Positions 1 through 12,025 of a stretch of DNA of 64,000 nucleotides are shown here, one piece after another. The translations under genes were made by a program, and so were the position numbers. Source of the DNA: Chrysomallon squamiferum (lineage: Eukaryota; Animalia; Mollusca). The stretch's first letter is position 1; the number at the start of each line of letters is the position of its first letter. Under the pieces are notes generated by a model. It saw only the letters and a list, made by a program, of their open reading frames with translations. It was not told where the DNA came from and ran no database searches. The stretch covers positions 12,896,001 through 12,960,000 of the forward strand of contig CM022672.1 in NCBI GenBank assembly GCA_012295275.1. The letters run 5' to 3'.

Positions 1-1249
1 AATGTTGTAAAAATGAGTGTCATTTAATAATATTATTAATAATAATAATAATGATGATGATAATAATTATGATGATGATGATGATAATAATGATGATGAT
101 GATGATGATGATAATAATAACTGTGGGGCAAAGCTGGAATGGGAAATAAGCAGTCTGGAGAGCAATGAATATTAGACCTACAATCCGTAATGGCACAGAT
201 CGATTTATAGCAACAACAACAATAACTAACAACCTGTAGTAACCGAGTAGAGAAAGCAATAAAAATTTAACTTCTTTTTAGTTGAAGAGAATTCAAATTC
301 AGAGAATCACAGAATAATGTCAAATTTTTCTCTCTATCTTTCTTTTTTCTCAATCTTTCCCTTCTCACTTTCGTTCTTTTTTTCTCTCTGTCTGTCTATC
401 ATTTCTCTCAAAACAGCGTGGAGTATCCTGTAATCTAACTGCGCGTGATAGAGTCTTGTAAACTTGCGCGAACTGACCTCCAGCGGAAACGTAGGATGAC
501 AAAAGAATTTCCAGATGAAATAATCATTTGTCAACTATCGATTCACTGTTATCGAAGGAAGCAATACAGATAAAGCGAATTACTTGCAAGAAGCAGCTCG
601 TGTTAGCATTACTGATTAACGGATTAACGCTGACGCAGAAACTGTATTAGAAAATGAAAGGTATTTTTTATATATATACATTGTGTAAATAAATAATTAC
701 TGGAGGGCAGAGTAACGGTAATAATGTAACATAATATGAAATAACGCAGATATAATATTACACGATAACGTAATATCACAATTTTGTCATGGGCGGATCC
801 AGAATTTCAAAAAGGGAGGGGTTACTATCAGTGTCAGGGATTAACTTTCAGAATGAATTGAATTTCCTTATCAATAAAAGTCAATATATATATATATATA
901 TATAGTAAAAGTATGAAAACCTGGTCAAGTATACATGAACATTCCAGATTCATATTTATGCTAATGACGTCATATGATACGTCTAATATATCACGTCTTG
1001 ATTTGATGGGGCGTAGCGTAACATATAACGTGGAAACGTCCAACATTATCATTTAATTGTTATTATCGGATTTATAAATAAATATATTTATTTTATTAAA
1101 GGGAGTGAAGTACGACAAACCTCTGTCTAACAATGACAAGAACTAATTTGACATTATGACGTATTTCCATAGTATGACACGAAATGTTATTACGACATCA
1201 ATGAATAAGGTCACATGATATTTTACGAAACAGAATATGACATGACATA

Positions 1250-1282
<33 letters not shown>

Positions 1283-1594
1283 TATACATATATATTTATA
1301 TTATCTTTATTTATTTATTTATGTATTTATTTTATTTTATTTTATTATAATAATTTGTTTTCGTTGTTCTTTTTATGCCATTGCATCCAGTTGACTTTAT
1401 TAAATATCAATATTGCAAATAGTTTATGTTTAATTGATTTTGTGTTTGTGTTAAATTCATTGTACGGTATTGTTAATAACAGTTGAAAGATTTTCCAAAC
1501 CTGTCCACACATGGATACACATACATTTATCCATGAATGCATGCATTTATACATACAAAACACACACACACACATAAGGAAAATCATAATAAAT

Positions 1595-1644
<50 letters not shown>

Positions 1645-2132
1645 TAAATAATTTTCATTTGTACTGCTGTTAATATTGAGTAGACAAAATATCGTTAAAT
1701 ATCGTTCACTATTTCTATAATCTAATTTTTAAATATCCAATATTACTATAAAATTATATTTTGATCTACTTTAAAAATCGTAATATACTTCGTTCGTAAT
1801 GTATATCATTCAAAAATATGTTCACAATGCAAACCTTTTAATCGATCAGAATGTTTTTTAGGTTAGAATTTTATTCACTTATATATTTATGATGTAATAC
1901 TTATGTTTGCAATTATTAGTACATAAAAAACATTTATTTGATTTGATTTGATTTGATTTTATTAACATAATTACTACAACAGTATCTACAGCTACTACTT
2001 TAACTTATTATTTATATATTATTTCTGTGGTGTATGCATATGCACTGTAATTAATTTATTTTTAAATGCTAATATTATATGTATTTTGATATGTATATAA
2101 CTATTATTTTTATATGCATTTGTAATGTATCT

Positions 2133-2201
<69 letters not shown>

Positions 2202-2596
2202 GTTTCTGATTACCACTCCTTCCCCAACTTCCAAACCGAATGACTCCAGTGTCAGGTCAAACAAGTGAAGTAATATTTAATTAATTGTCTTCAGTATACA
2301 AGAGAACGTGGCAAGTCTAGGTGTATCGCAACAGGAAAATCAATACTAACCGTTTCACGTGTTTATGCGTAAATCAATGTACTCAACGGCTGCTAGCATT
2401 CAGTTTCAGCAACTCGTCAAAAATCGACATGGTTCCGCTTGACATATATATATATATATTTTTTTTTTTATCTTCCAAAAATATTATTAAAAATGAAATA
2501 CATCGGACTGGTGTTTTGGACAGTAACATTGACACGTGTTCACCCAGTAGTTTAATCGAGTTGTTATCGTTTGCTAAGTATGCCACAGGTATTCGT

Positions 2597-2646
2597 GGCC
2601 CGCCCCTGTTTTAATCACGTGACAGTTCGTCACAGGCCGATTGGCC
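2597..2646 (+). promoter_or_regulatory. Candidate proximal promoter of the AJM1-like gene (GC box, E-box, inverted CCAAT box)
   Basis: GGCCCGCCCC (2597-2606, Sp/KLF type), TCACGTGAC (2615-2623, USF/TFE-type E-box) and CCGATTGGCC (2637-2646, NF-Y type) fall within 50 bp. They lie in a CpG-rich patch about 270 bp upstream of ATG 2907. Confidence 0.55.
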
Positions 2647-2906
2647 AACGTTTCGGGACAGAGGAATGCGACAATCAATTTCCATTCACACCTGGACTCG
2701 TTGGATATTTTCGTAGCAGTCGTCGCAAAACTGACCAGTGCAGGTCGTCGTGTGTTTTCGTGTATGTGAAAAATGTGGTTCTCTTCATGACAGGGAATGG
2801 CTCAGTTATATATGGCTGTGATCTGTGTGTGTGCGTGTGTGTGACTTGCTTTTCGTGGTGAACACCTTTGTGTCTTTCTAAACCTGGGATTTACTTACTC
2901 GGCGCG

Positions 2907-5900
2907 ATGGACGACTGGGTGACGAATGCCGGATCATCGGCCTCGGCCGCCGATGGGGCGTTTGAACGCTTCCTGACGGCTGCCATTGCCGCTATTATAA
3001 CGATAATGTTTTCGTGGAGGCTTCTAGCTCAGGAAGACGATCGCGCCATTGAATCGATGGGCGCGGTGGGTGGGGCCGCGCCTACCGTTGGAGGGAAACC
3101 CGTCCCGCCGGTGGTTATCAAGAAAGCAATCACCATGGCTAAAGCTGCGGGATATTCGGAAGAAAACCATCATTTAGAAACAGTTGTTTTAGCAGAAACG
3201 AAGGGAGGTAAACCCGAAACGGACGACTCGTCTTTCACCTGTGCAGGTAACAGTAAACCGTATGACCCAGTTAACGAAGAACTGATTACCTGTTGGGAAG
3301 AAGGCCAAATAAACAACGACCTTCAGTGCGCGGACCCGCTGTCGTCTGCTGGGGGCGACTCTGAAATGGGAGAAAGAAGTACGTGTCAGAGTGAGTACAG
3401 AACTATTTTAGATGATAACAATTACCGCCCCTTTGATCCGACGATTCCCGAATTTGACGATAATATCGAACCGAGAGAGCTCGACTCCGACGAGGAAATG
3501 TTCTGCTGCATGATGCTGGAAACCATCATGGAGGAAGACTCCGACGAGATTCATAGTTCCAGCAGTGACGCCGACACTCGCGAACGATCCGACTGGAACT
3601 GCATTGAAATAATAAACCCCGGAGAAAGTTACGACTCCCCCGTGGACTACAACGAAGGCTCCTCCGTCGACGATGATTCCATGTATACAAATATTAGCAC
3701 GGAGGGTGACGACAAACACGACGAAAGCAGCGCGCGAGCAGACGATGTTTGCGAGGCGCACACAAATGACATGCAGTTGCCGGATGATGAAGCGGATGAC
3801 AGTAATTCTGAAGGCAGTGACGAGTCGGTGATAACAGTGGTTACGAGACAGTCGTCGGATGATAATGAAAGTCCCACACGCACTAATGTCACCTTCCAGC
3901 AATTTCCTGGTTCCCAGCAAAGGTTACCAGAGCACTCTAACACGGAAAACGATTACACTGATATTAATCAAAAGGCAGGGGTAAAATCCGACGATGTAAA
4001 TAACACTGTAACAGTCACGCACGAAAACAGTCCTAAAGCAGACGTTTATTTAGATGAAATAAACGATAACAGTGCTGACAGTTCGTCTGGGCAGGTACCA
4101 GATGCGTTGTCAGATAATTTAGAATTGTTTAAAGATAACACGACTTCGTCAGAGAAAACAGAAAATGAGATTAAAGCTTTGTCTGATGATTCGAATCAGG
4201 GAGTAATTAATTGGCGGCACGATGAGAATAAAAATTTAGACTTTGTAGCAAATAGGGACGTAATGAGGTCGCCTGATATGAAAAACAATAACGCAGGGTA
4301 TGTGGAAAGAACAGAAGAAACCATCCATATTGAAGTGGATAGGAAGAATATCAAAGACGGTTCTGATTCTGGGAGAAAGTCAGACAGCAAAGCTGATTCC
4401 ACACCAGAGAAGACCGAGTCTAGTGATGTCAGATATTTCGACGCTAAGAAGTCGTCTGCGGTTGAGAAAAGCCCTCTTGGATTTATACTGTCTAGATATG
4501 AATCTGAAATCAGCAAGTATGAGGAAAACTTTTATATAACAGATAAAAACACTTCCTATCGTGAAACTAAAAATGTATCTACCAAGAAAGTTTTTATTCA
4601 TGACAGTGGTGGTATTGAAACTGCAGAGGAAAAAAATGTGGATGCTGAAAATAATATCCAAAATACCAATTCCCCTAAACTGTATTTTGAAATTCCTGTT
4701 CAAACAGAACAGGTTAAAGACGACAACGTTGAACATCCAGACAACAACGTTGAACGTGCAGACAACAACGTTGAACACCCAGACGACAACGTTGAACATG
4801 CAGACGACAACACTAATGACGATAATGAACAGCGTGATGACGACACGAAAAACGTCTGCAACGATACTGAAGATGAGAGCACCGTGGACATTTTAAACCA
4901 GAGCATGGACGAAGAAGATGACGAAGACGTTTGGACAGTTACGGAAACTGTCGAAGTCGTCAATGTTCTAAGAGATGCTAAGGGTAACGTCTTCTTCCCA
5001 AATGTTGTAACTCCTGTTCCAGCAACCCAGGACCGCCCTGTTCCAAAGAAACGCACTGTCTTTAGCGAAACTGAATCGCCTGGCGATACTCCCGAAACAG
5101 CTGCTTCTAAACCGGCTGAAACGCTGTCGCCCAGTGAAGAAAATGATGCGTTTGAGCCTCTGATTGACTCCGAGCACGCGGAACGAGAAGGTGCTACAGG
5201 AAGTATCACCATCGAGGGCGACGTCATCCTCTCTGGTTCCTTTCTGAGTCAGAAACCAGGACGTAAGATTTTCTTTGACGAATTCAGTGATCCGCATGAA
5301 AACAAAATGTCTTCCTTCGACGAAGTATTCCAGTTTGACAGCTCGCCAAGGATTTTCAAACTTTCAACTGGAGCATCTATTTCCTTGCCCTCTTTGCTAC
5401 ACGATGACTTGTCCAAAAGATGTAACCGACCGTTGTCTGAATCGTCACCGAAACAAGCCAGCTGCGATGTCTTTGAAGGACCCATTATTGATATTACAGA
5501 AGATCCTAATTTTTACAACACAATTCAAAGTCTGCGTTGTTCCGTGTCAAGCGCTAATGAAAATAAAGAAGAAAACACAGCAGAAGAAACTGTGAAATCA
5601 GTGGAAGTACAGCTAATACCAGAATCACCAAAAGTGCAGCCTCCGTTTGCTCTTTCAGATACTCCAGTCTTTGGTAGATCGCCGCGTCTGACAACGCCCC
5701 CGATCATTTCAAGTTCACCTGTTGTCAAACCGCCAGAAATTCCAACTTCGCCTGCTGTGAAACCACCAGTTATTCGTAGCTCGCCTGATGTCAAATCACC
5801 AGTTATAACAACATCTCCTTTTGTTAAACCGCCACTTATTCCAACTTCGCCTGATGTCAAATCACCAGTTATAACAACATCTCCTTTTGTTAAACCGCCA

Positions 5901-8900
5901 CTTATTCCAACTTCGCCTGATGTCAAATCACCAGTTATAACAACATCTCCTTTTGTTAAACCGCCACTTATTCCAACTTCGCCTGCTGTGAAACCACCAG
6001 CTATTCCTGGCTCGCCTGATGTCAAATCACCAGTTAAAACAACTTCTCCTATGGTTAAACCGCCAGTTATTCCTAGCTCGCCTGACGTCAAATCACCAGT
6101 TATAACAACTTCACCTATGGTTAAACCACCAGTTATTCCAACCGCGCATGCTGCCAAATCACCAGCTATAACAACTTCTCCTATGGTCAAACCGCCAGTT
6201 ATTCCTAGCTCGCCTGATGTCAAATCACCAGTTATAACAACTTCTCCTGTTGTTAAACCGCCAGTTATTAGTAGCTTGCCTGATGAGAAAATACCATTTG
6301 ACATTTCGCCAGCTGTTCCAAGTTCTCCAGTTATCGCAAGTTCTCCTGTTATTGCGAGTTCTCCACTTGTTATATCCTCTCCTGCTCTTGTAGCACCCTC
6401 AAATAAAACACGTGACATCAAAACTCCGGCTTCATCTTTGCGGTTATCCATGCCTGACAGCTATCAAGAAACAACAACTTCAGTTAAGAAATCAGAAGCT
6501 AGTGAAACATCAGAAACTGAAGAGTCACCGTATAAAACAGACGAGCAGTCTTTTTCACCAAGTATTGACGAATCTCCTGTTCTGTCGCCGTCATCTGTGA
6601 GCGGTTTTTCAGAGTCGTTTGATGCTGAGGAAATCGCAGCTGCTACACCGAGAAAACAGTACAGAAGTCTGAGAGAAATAAAAAGAAAACACGCACAGAA
6701 CAAAGCATACAAGTCACTGATGCAGAACTCTGGTGAGAGACCAAATATCGGCCCTTTTATTCTGCCCGATATGCTTCTCTCACCTGCAAGACTTAAAATA
6801 CTCGCCTCGCGCAGAAAGTTCTTAAGTGAGCAAAACTTAGCGACTGATGCCGACCAAGACAAGTTCGAAGAATTCAAACAGGCAATTGCACAGCTACCTC
6901 CAAGACGTCTGTACAAATCACCTCGTCGCCCAAGTAGTACTTACAGCAGCCAAGGGAGTCTTGAACATATTTCACTGCTGTATCCGTCATTCTATTACGA
7001 TGATTCTATAGACAAGCCACACATTGACGAATTGCATTCTGACTGTATATTCACTCCAGAAGGCCGAAAAGACATACTAGACAAAACAATGTCAATAGAA
7101 AACCTTGCGTTGAATTTAAATGCACATTTACGCAGATACGGTTCGGTAACGTCTTTAGTTGAAACTGACCTTGACACTGGGGACACCTCGGAAAGGAAGC
7201 CTTTCCCTGAAACAGATCTTGATTTTTGGTTTTCTTTACAGGATCACCAGCCCTTAGAGAGAGCAGTCAGCATGACAGACATACGCTCAGAGCGACCTTC
7301 AGCCAAGAAACATGGCAAAGGTAGGTTTGCTGACCGCCATGTTCCAAAATCGAAAAGCCTTCAGACTTTAGAGACAAACTTGGATGATGACACGGATAAC
7401 TTGAAACGGGTTCCGTCTGTGCACGAACTGAGAATAAGTAAGTCTTTATCCAAGCTAAATGTTCCAGACTGGTACAAAAATTCGAGTTTGTCCAAGTCGG
7501 GAAGTTGTCTGCTGCGACAGGGATCAACATCAACAATGTCGTCGTGGGGATTCAACCCCAGCCTTACGTCATCGCCTTGTCCGTCGGTGACACCGCAAAG
7601 CAACTCCGTGGTCATCAAAACGCGAGTTTCGCCGTCGAGCAGTATGAGGCTGTTCAGATCGACGAAATTCCCATCAACAACCAAGACGTCTGAAACAAAG
7701 CCGGACACTACAAAACCTGTTAGTGTTAAACTTCCAAGTGATAAGTTTAGGACTTCAGATAAAAACAAACCACTCAATAAAATTCCAATAGTGCCTTTTG
7801 CACAGATTCGTGCGATGTTTGAGGCCAAAGCAGCTAATGCCCGAGCCGAGAAAGAAACCGTTCCGTGTAAGGACGAGTCCGTGACGAAAACAAAAATTCA
7901 CACAGCAGACATACCAACAGTGACTATCTCTCCTAGTGATATCGTTCAGCTGGATGGCAGCCCAAAGAGGCCGAGAAGTCCAGAGGAAGCTGATCGTCCA
8001 AAGAAACCAAACAGTCCAACCGGCAAAATCGCTTTCTTTGAAAGTCTGAAAAAGAAAGAACCGGAACAAAAACCTTCGCAAGCTTCGAGCTCCACATTAA
8101 AGCAGGTACCTATTTCTAGACGTATTGACGCTTATCGTTCACAAACAACAACATCCCAAACCACCAAACGTGTCGAACCCCATACATTTAGCACAGCGAC
8201 CAAGTCCATGTCAGTTTCACAGCGCAAGGAAATCTTTCAGAGTCCTCCAACCATCCAAGCCCCCAGTAGTAGTTTTAGCAGTAGTAGTAATCGCTTTTCA
8301 CCCTCAACAAATGGTTATTCGGCCCCTCTTTCAAAAGATGATCCGCAAAAAAAGACTCCAGCTGTCATACAGTTAGAACCTGCTCCTACCGTGAAGGCCC
8401 CGTCAGCTCCATCTCAAACAATCAAAACAGACAGAAGTTCTGCGTTTCAGTCAGTCACTGCATCAAGATCTGTTGATTTTGCCCCAACAGTAAAAGCACC
8501 GCCAGAAGTTAAAGCATCACCCGAGGTGAAAGCACCACCTACAGTCAAAGCTTCTACGACAGTGAAGGCAGCACCATCAGTACAGATAGACGTGTCACCG
8601 CAGATAAGCAGTGCACCTCCTGCAAGAGAACCGCTCAAGTCAGCTCTCATGTACAGCAGCAGGACATCGCAAGTAGAAGTAAACGGCCGTCCGGTGCCTA
8701 AACCTAGAACAGTGCAGAAACCAGCCGAGATAGACACCAAAACCGAGCCATACAACCAGCCCAGAACCACTGAATACAGACCTGGTCATGAACATGAACA
8801 ACAACAACAGTACATTGAAAATAACTCTCAGATAAACGCTAAAACAGAATCCATTTCACAGCCTAAGTCATTTCCTGCCAGGGTAGGTAACCAAAGAGAG

Positions 8901-8979
8901 AACGCACCTATGCCATCTTCAACCGTAGCCTTCCCAAGACCCAGACTCGGTGTAACCGTCCCTCCTCGGAGTCACAAAG
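2907..8979 (+). CDS. AJM1: AJM1-like exon 1: 6,073-nt exon encoding about 2,024 aa, largely disordered (acidic N-terminal half, Ser/Pro/Thr-rich repeats, ETDLD and LNVPDWYK motifs)
   Basis: Uninterrupted ORF 2868-9032 with markedly higher GC than its flanks. The first ATG is at 2907. The strong donor GTAAGG at 8980 coincides with the return to AT-rich sequence. Confidence 0.85.
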
Positions 8980-9892
8980 GTAAGGTCTTCTCTTCTTTTC
9001 TTCTTCTTTTTTTTTTTGTCTTCTCACTCTAAATGGCATCTCCGCTGCATGACGTTTGTTTGTTCTGGTGTAAGGTAATATTTAATATCTAACAATGTTA
9101 ACACATCACCTGCTTTGACGTGACTAAACCAGTGTAGCTGCAAACGAATCCGACTTCACGTTGATGGCCTGGGATTAAAAAAATGCATGATTTTTATAAC
9201 TTAAAAACATTAGAAGAAATTGAATGTTTACATCCTGTATCGGTGTTATTAACATTAAGTGTTAGGTTTGATGTTGTTCGTCTTAATTTACCTTACGTCC
9301 TGATCAGCAAGTTCAGAGAGTTTTAATAGAATACTCACTGATAAAGTTAAATTAGCAAATTTAATGTTGTTGTTTTTTATAATTTTTAATTTTTTTATAC
9401 TATATATTGAAGTTTTAATCTGGAATGTTTATATATATAATTCTTTTTCTTTTTCTTTTTCATTCTTTATTATTATTTTTTTATTTTGTACTTATTTCTT
9501 TGCATACATTTTTTTATTATTGTTATTTCCTGATTTGAAAGATGTGTCGTTTTTCCCTTCTAAAAGAAAAATTAATGCATTTTTGAGTCAGTATTTACAT
9601 TTTAATAGTTTTTCCTTTGAGGTGTGTTCCTTGTACTTCAGATATTGTGATAATACATTGTGTTATGCATTAACGTCGAGAATGTATATTTGAACAGACT
9701 TGTTTATTGATTATGTCTCTTGTCCCTTGTTCTTATTCTTTTTTAACTCCACTCAATGTTGCATCATCATTATTGCTTGTCAGCATGACTAACCGCCATA
9801 GAATTAATAACAGAGCTCAATGAATTTAAAAATAACCCCTGAATTATATATATATATATATAACATATACATGCCTATACATACCTTCATTC

Positions 9893-9937
<45 letters not shown>

Positions 9938-10389
9938 AACTTACCTACATACATACACACAGATGCATGCATACAAACACACATTCATACTCATATTAAA
10001 AGCAAATACAGTTTACAAAGGAATAAACACAGAGCGGTAATTCAAAGCTGTTAAATCAATATATACTAACATTTGCTCTTTTTTTTTTTTTTATAATCAT
10101 TAATCTTAGAAGTTACATCCACCTTAATGATAGAGCCATCCTTTTCTGAAATCGTTGATGCATGCCTGAAAGCTATATTCCATTACAAATGTACAGCATG
10201 AAGTAATATAATGTATAATGTATTAAGAAAATACAACTTAAATGGAAGGATACAATTTGTCTAAGTATTTCAGTTCATAGTGAACGATGGTGTTAATGAA
10301 TGGAAAAGTTAATAAAGGTGACAAAAATATAATGTAACTTTATTTTTAGGAACTAATGCAAAGTTATTTAGTATTGCATGTTAAACACG

Positions 10390-10450
<61 letters not shown>

Positions 10451-11872
10451 ACAGAGAGGGGGGAATTATAAATGTCTGATTGTATACGTTGTATAATAAT
10501 AAATAAATAAAAAGTTTAATTAATCATCAACAAGAATAATAACATACGTTTCTTCTTTTGCTATCACAGAAACAACTGTTTAATTTTGGCGAGGACTCGA
10601 TGGCTGTCCCCAGCTTGACTGAAACGGCACTATGTTACGCCTCCCATCATCTTTCCTTTGACAACCAGTCTACTTTTGGTGCTGTGAGGGAGTTCTCGTT
10701 AAACGGACGTGATGTCAATGTTGTTTTGGATGAGGTCGTCACAGGCGACAACAAAAAAGATAAACATGTACTGGAGGATGTTACTGTAGAAGAGATACTT
10801 CATGGACTTCTTAAACTTGGAAAACATAGCGACAAAAACAAAAGTCTTTCTAATGCGGACGATTCATATAATGCTGTCAATTTCGAGCATAAACGCAACT
10901 CTTCCTCGAAACCTGAAACTAATCAAGTAACCTTGGTAACATGTCAAAATATAAAGTGCGGCAAGACTTTCACTTTGGATGAAGCTAAGAAAACTTTCAA
11001 AACGTGCCACAGTTGTTATACATATTACTGCAGTCGATCGTGTAGAAAGGATGACTGGGAATACCACAAGTCTGTCTGTTTTCATAGCCTGGCTAACGGT
11101 GTTTGCAAACAAGCGATTAAGAAAATCAACAAAGATTCTACCATGCAATATCGGGTGTCCAGGCTTGCCAGACAGGGCTACTTGAGTCGTGGCCGCGGTT
11201 GTGTGCTTCTTGGATTTGAAAACTTGGACGCTGCACAAACGTTTCTGATAAGCGATCTGTCAGTTCTGAATAAACTTCCTCCAGTTTTCGTGAGCTTGAG
11301 CGAACTCAAAGATTCCAAAATGTTTGGAGACTTTCTACCGTGTCTTGTGGATGTGTGTAAAACGTACAACCCGGAAACAAAGTATGTGTTGCATGTTGGC
11401 ATAGGTGTTCAGAACTCACCGCTTTCTTTGCCCGTTCCTCGTAGAAACGACCCCATTGTTCAGAAATGTGCTCGACTTCGGTTGAACGAAGCCTGTCACC
11501 ATCACCCAGAAAAAACGCGCGAGAGAAACTGTTATTCTGACAGTCGTGTACGGGGGCCATCTTGTGAGACAGAGCACGGAGGCAAGGCAGGCCAGAGAGG
11601 AGAGTTTTATCAACGTTCAAAGAAAACTGCGCGAACGAGGAATAAACCTACGTCATCAGTTTGCCGACGTGTACGACGTTTTACTAACCTTTGTTGCCGA
11701 TGCTAAACATTTCTCCCCTAAAATTATCTACCCGGTAGACGGCAGGACCGGACAGTGTTTTATGTGTGTGATCATGACTGAATCAGAGCCGGAAATAGAG
11801 TGGGTGCAAAACCCAGACCCACTGTGGGACCTTGATTTGTCCGAAGAAATTTCCTTGTCATCACCTTCATAA
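2907..11872 (+). CDS. AJM1: Apical junction molecule 1 (AJM1/AJM-1)-like gene, two coding exons, with two +1 frame discontinuities in exon 2
   Basis: Exon 1 is 2907-8979: ATG in context gcgcgATGG, donor AAG|GTAAGG. Exon 2 starts at 10570 after the acceptor tttcttcttttgctatcacag. Exon 2 encodes a MYND-type finger (CQNIKC...CHSCYTYYCSRSCRKDDWEYHKSVC, 10942-11079), then ARQGYLSRGRGCV, then in a shifted frame FINVQRKLRERGINLRHQF...YPVDGRTGQCFMCVIMTESEPE. I recognise this from memory as the AJM1-family C-terminal region; no search was run. Confidence 0.75.
4718..4812 (+). repeat. Coding 21-bp tandem repeat (DDNVEHP / DNNVERA / DNNVEHP / DDNVEHA)
   Basis: About four and a half copies built around ACAACGTTGAAC within AJM1-like exon 1. 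Confidence 0.85.
5695..6290 (+). repeat. Coding 66-bp tandem repeat (2 x 33 bp) encoding SPDVKSPVITTSPFVKPPLIPT-like units
   Basis: TCGCCTGATGTCAAATCACCAG recurs at 5781, 5847 and 5913, giving a period of 66. More divergent copies lie on both sides. Confidence 0.9.
10570..11515 (+). CDS. AJM1: AJM1-like exon 2, MYND zinc-finger segment (frame of ORF 10558-11706; internal ATG at 10600)
   Basis: Coding-like composition, a VTVEEILHGLL motif, MYND-type Cys/His spacing and an ARQGYLSRGRG motif. Family-like sequence ends near VQKCARLRL, at about 11485-11515. Confidence 0.75.
11516..11872 (+). CDS. AJM1: AJM1-like C-terminal segment in the +1 frame (ETVILT...QRKLRERGINLRHQF...FMCVIMTESEPEIEWV...stop)
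   Basis: ORF 11546-11872 is open back to 11486 and encodes the AJM1-family terminal motifs. Coding-like composition ends at TAA 11870-11872. Confidence 0.7.
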   Translation, partial: RARETVILTVVYGGHLVRQSTEARQAREESFINVQRKLRERGINLRHQFADVYDVLLTFVADAKHFSPKIIYPVDGRTGQCFMCVIMTESEPEIEWVQNPDPLWDLDLSEEISLSSPS

Positions 11873-11959
11873 GTAGTGAAAATTAAAAATATATATGATT
11901 CGTATATTTGATATTTCTTTAAGCTGCTAGTTCTTTATTATTATTATTATAATTATTAC

Positions 11960-12025
<66 letters not shown>

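Noticed and set aside
786-845. GGGCGGATCCAGAATTTCAAAAAGGGAGGGG, resembling a MITE terminal repeat
   Set aside because: I found no partner inverted repeat or target-site duplication, so it is too weak to call.
3408-8770. Many antisense and alternate-frame ORFs overlapping the large exon, such as 5525-6451 on the minus strand
   Set aside because: They are shadows of the repetitive, stop-poor sense ORF and show no independent domain signal.
8980-9032. Hydrophobic C-terminal tail VFSSFLLLFFFVFSL if exon 1 is not spliced
   Set aside because: It is explained by T-rich intron sequence following a strong GTAAGG donor. Nothing in the sequence supports a tail-anchored isoform.
11516-11706. Unshifted tail ending in CCRC, resembling a prenylation motif
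   Set aside because: It is an out-of-frame translation of the conserved AJM1 C-terminus, so the motif is most likely chance.
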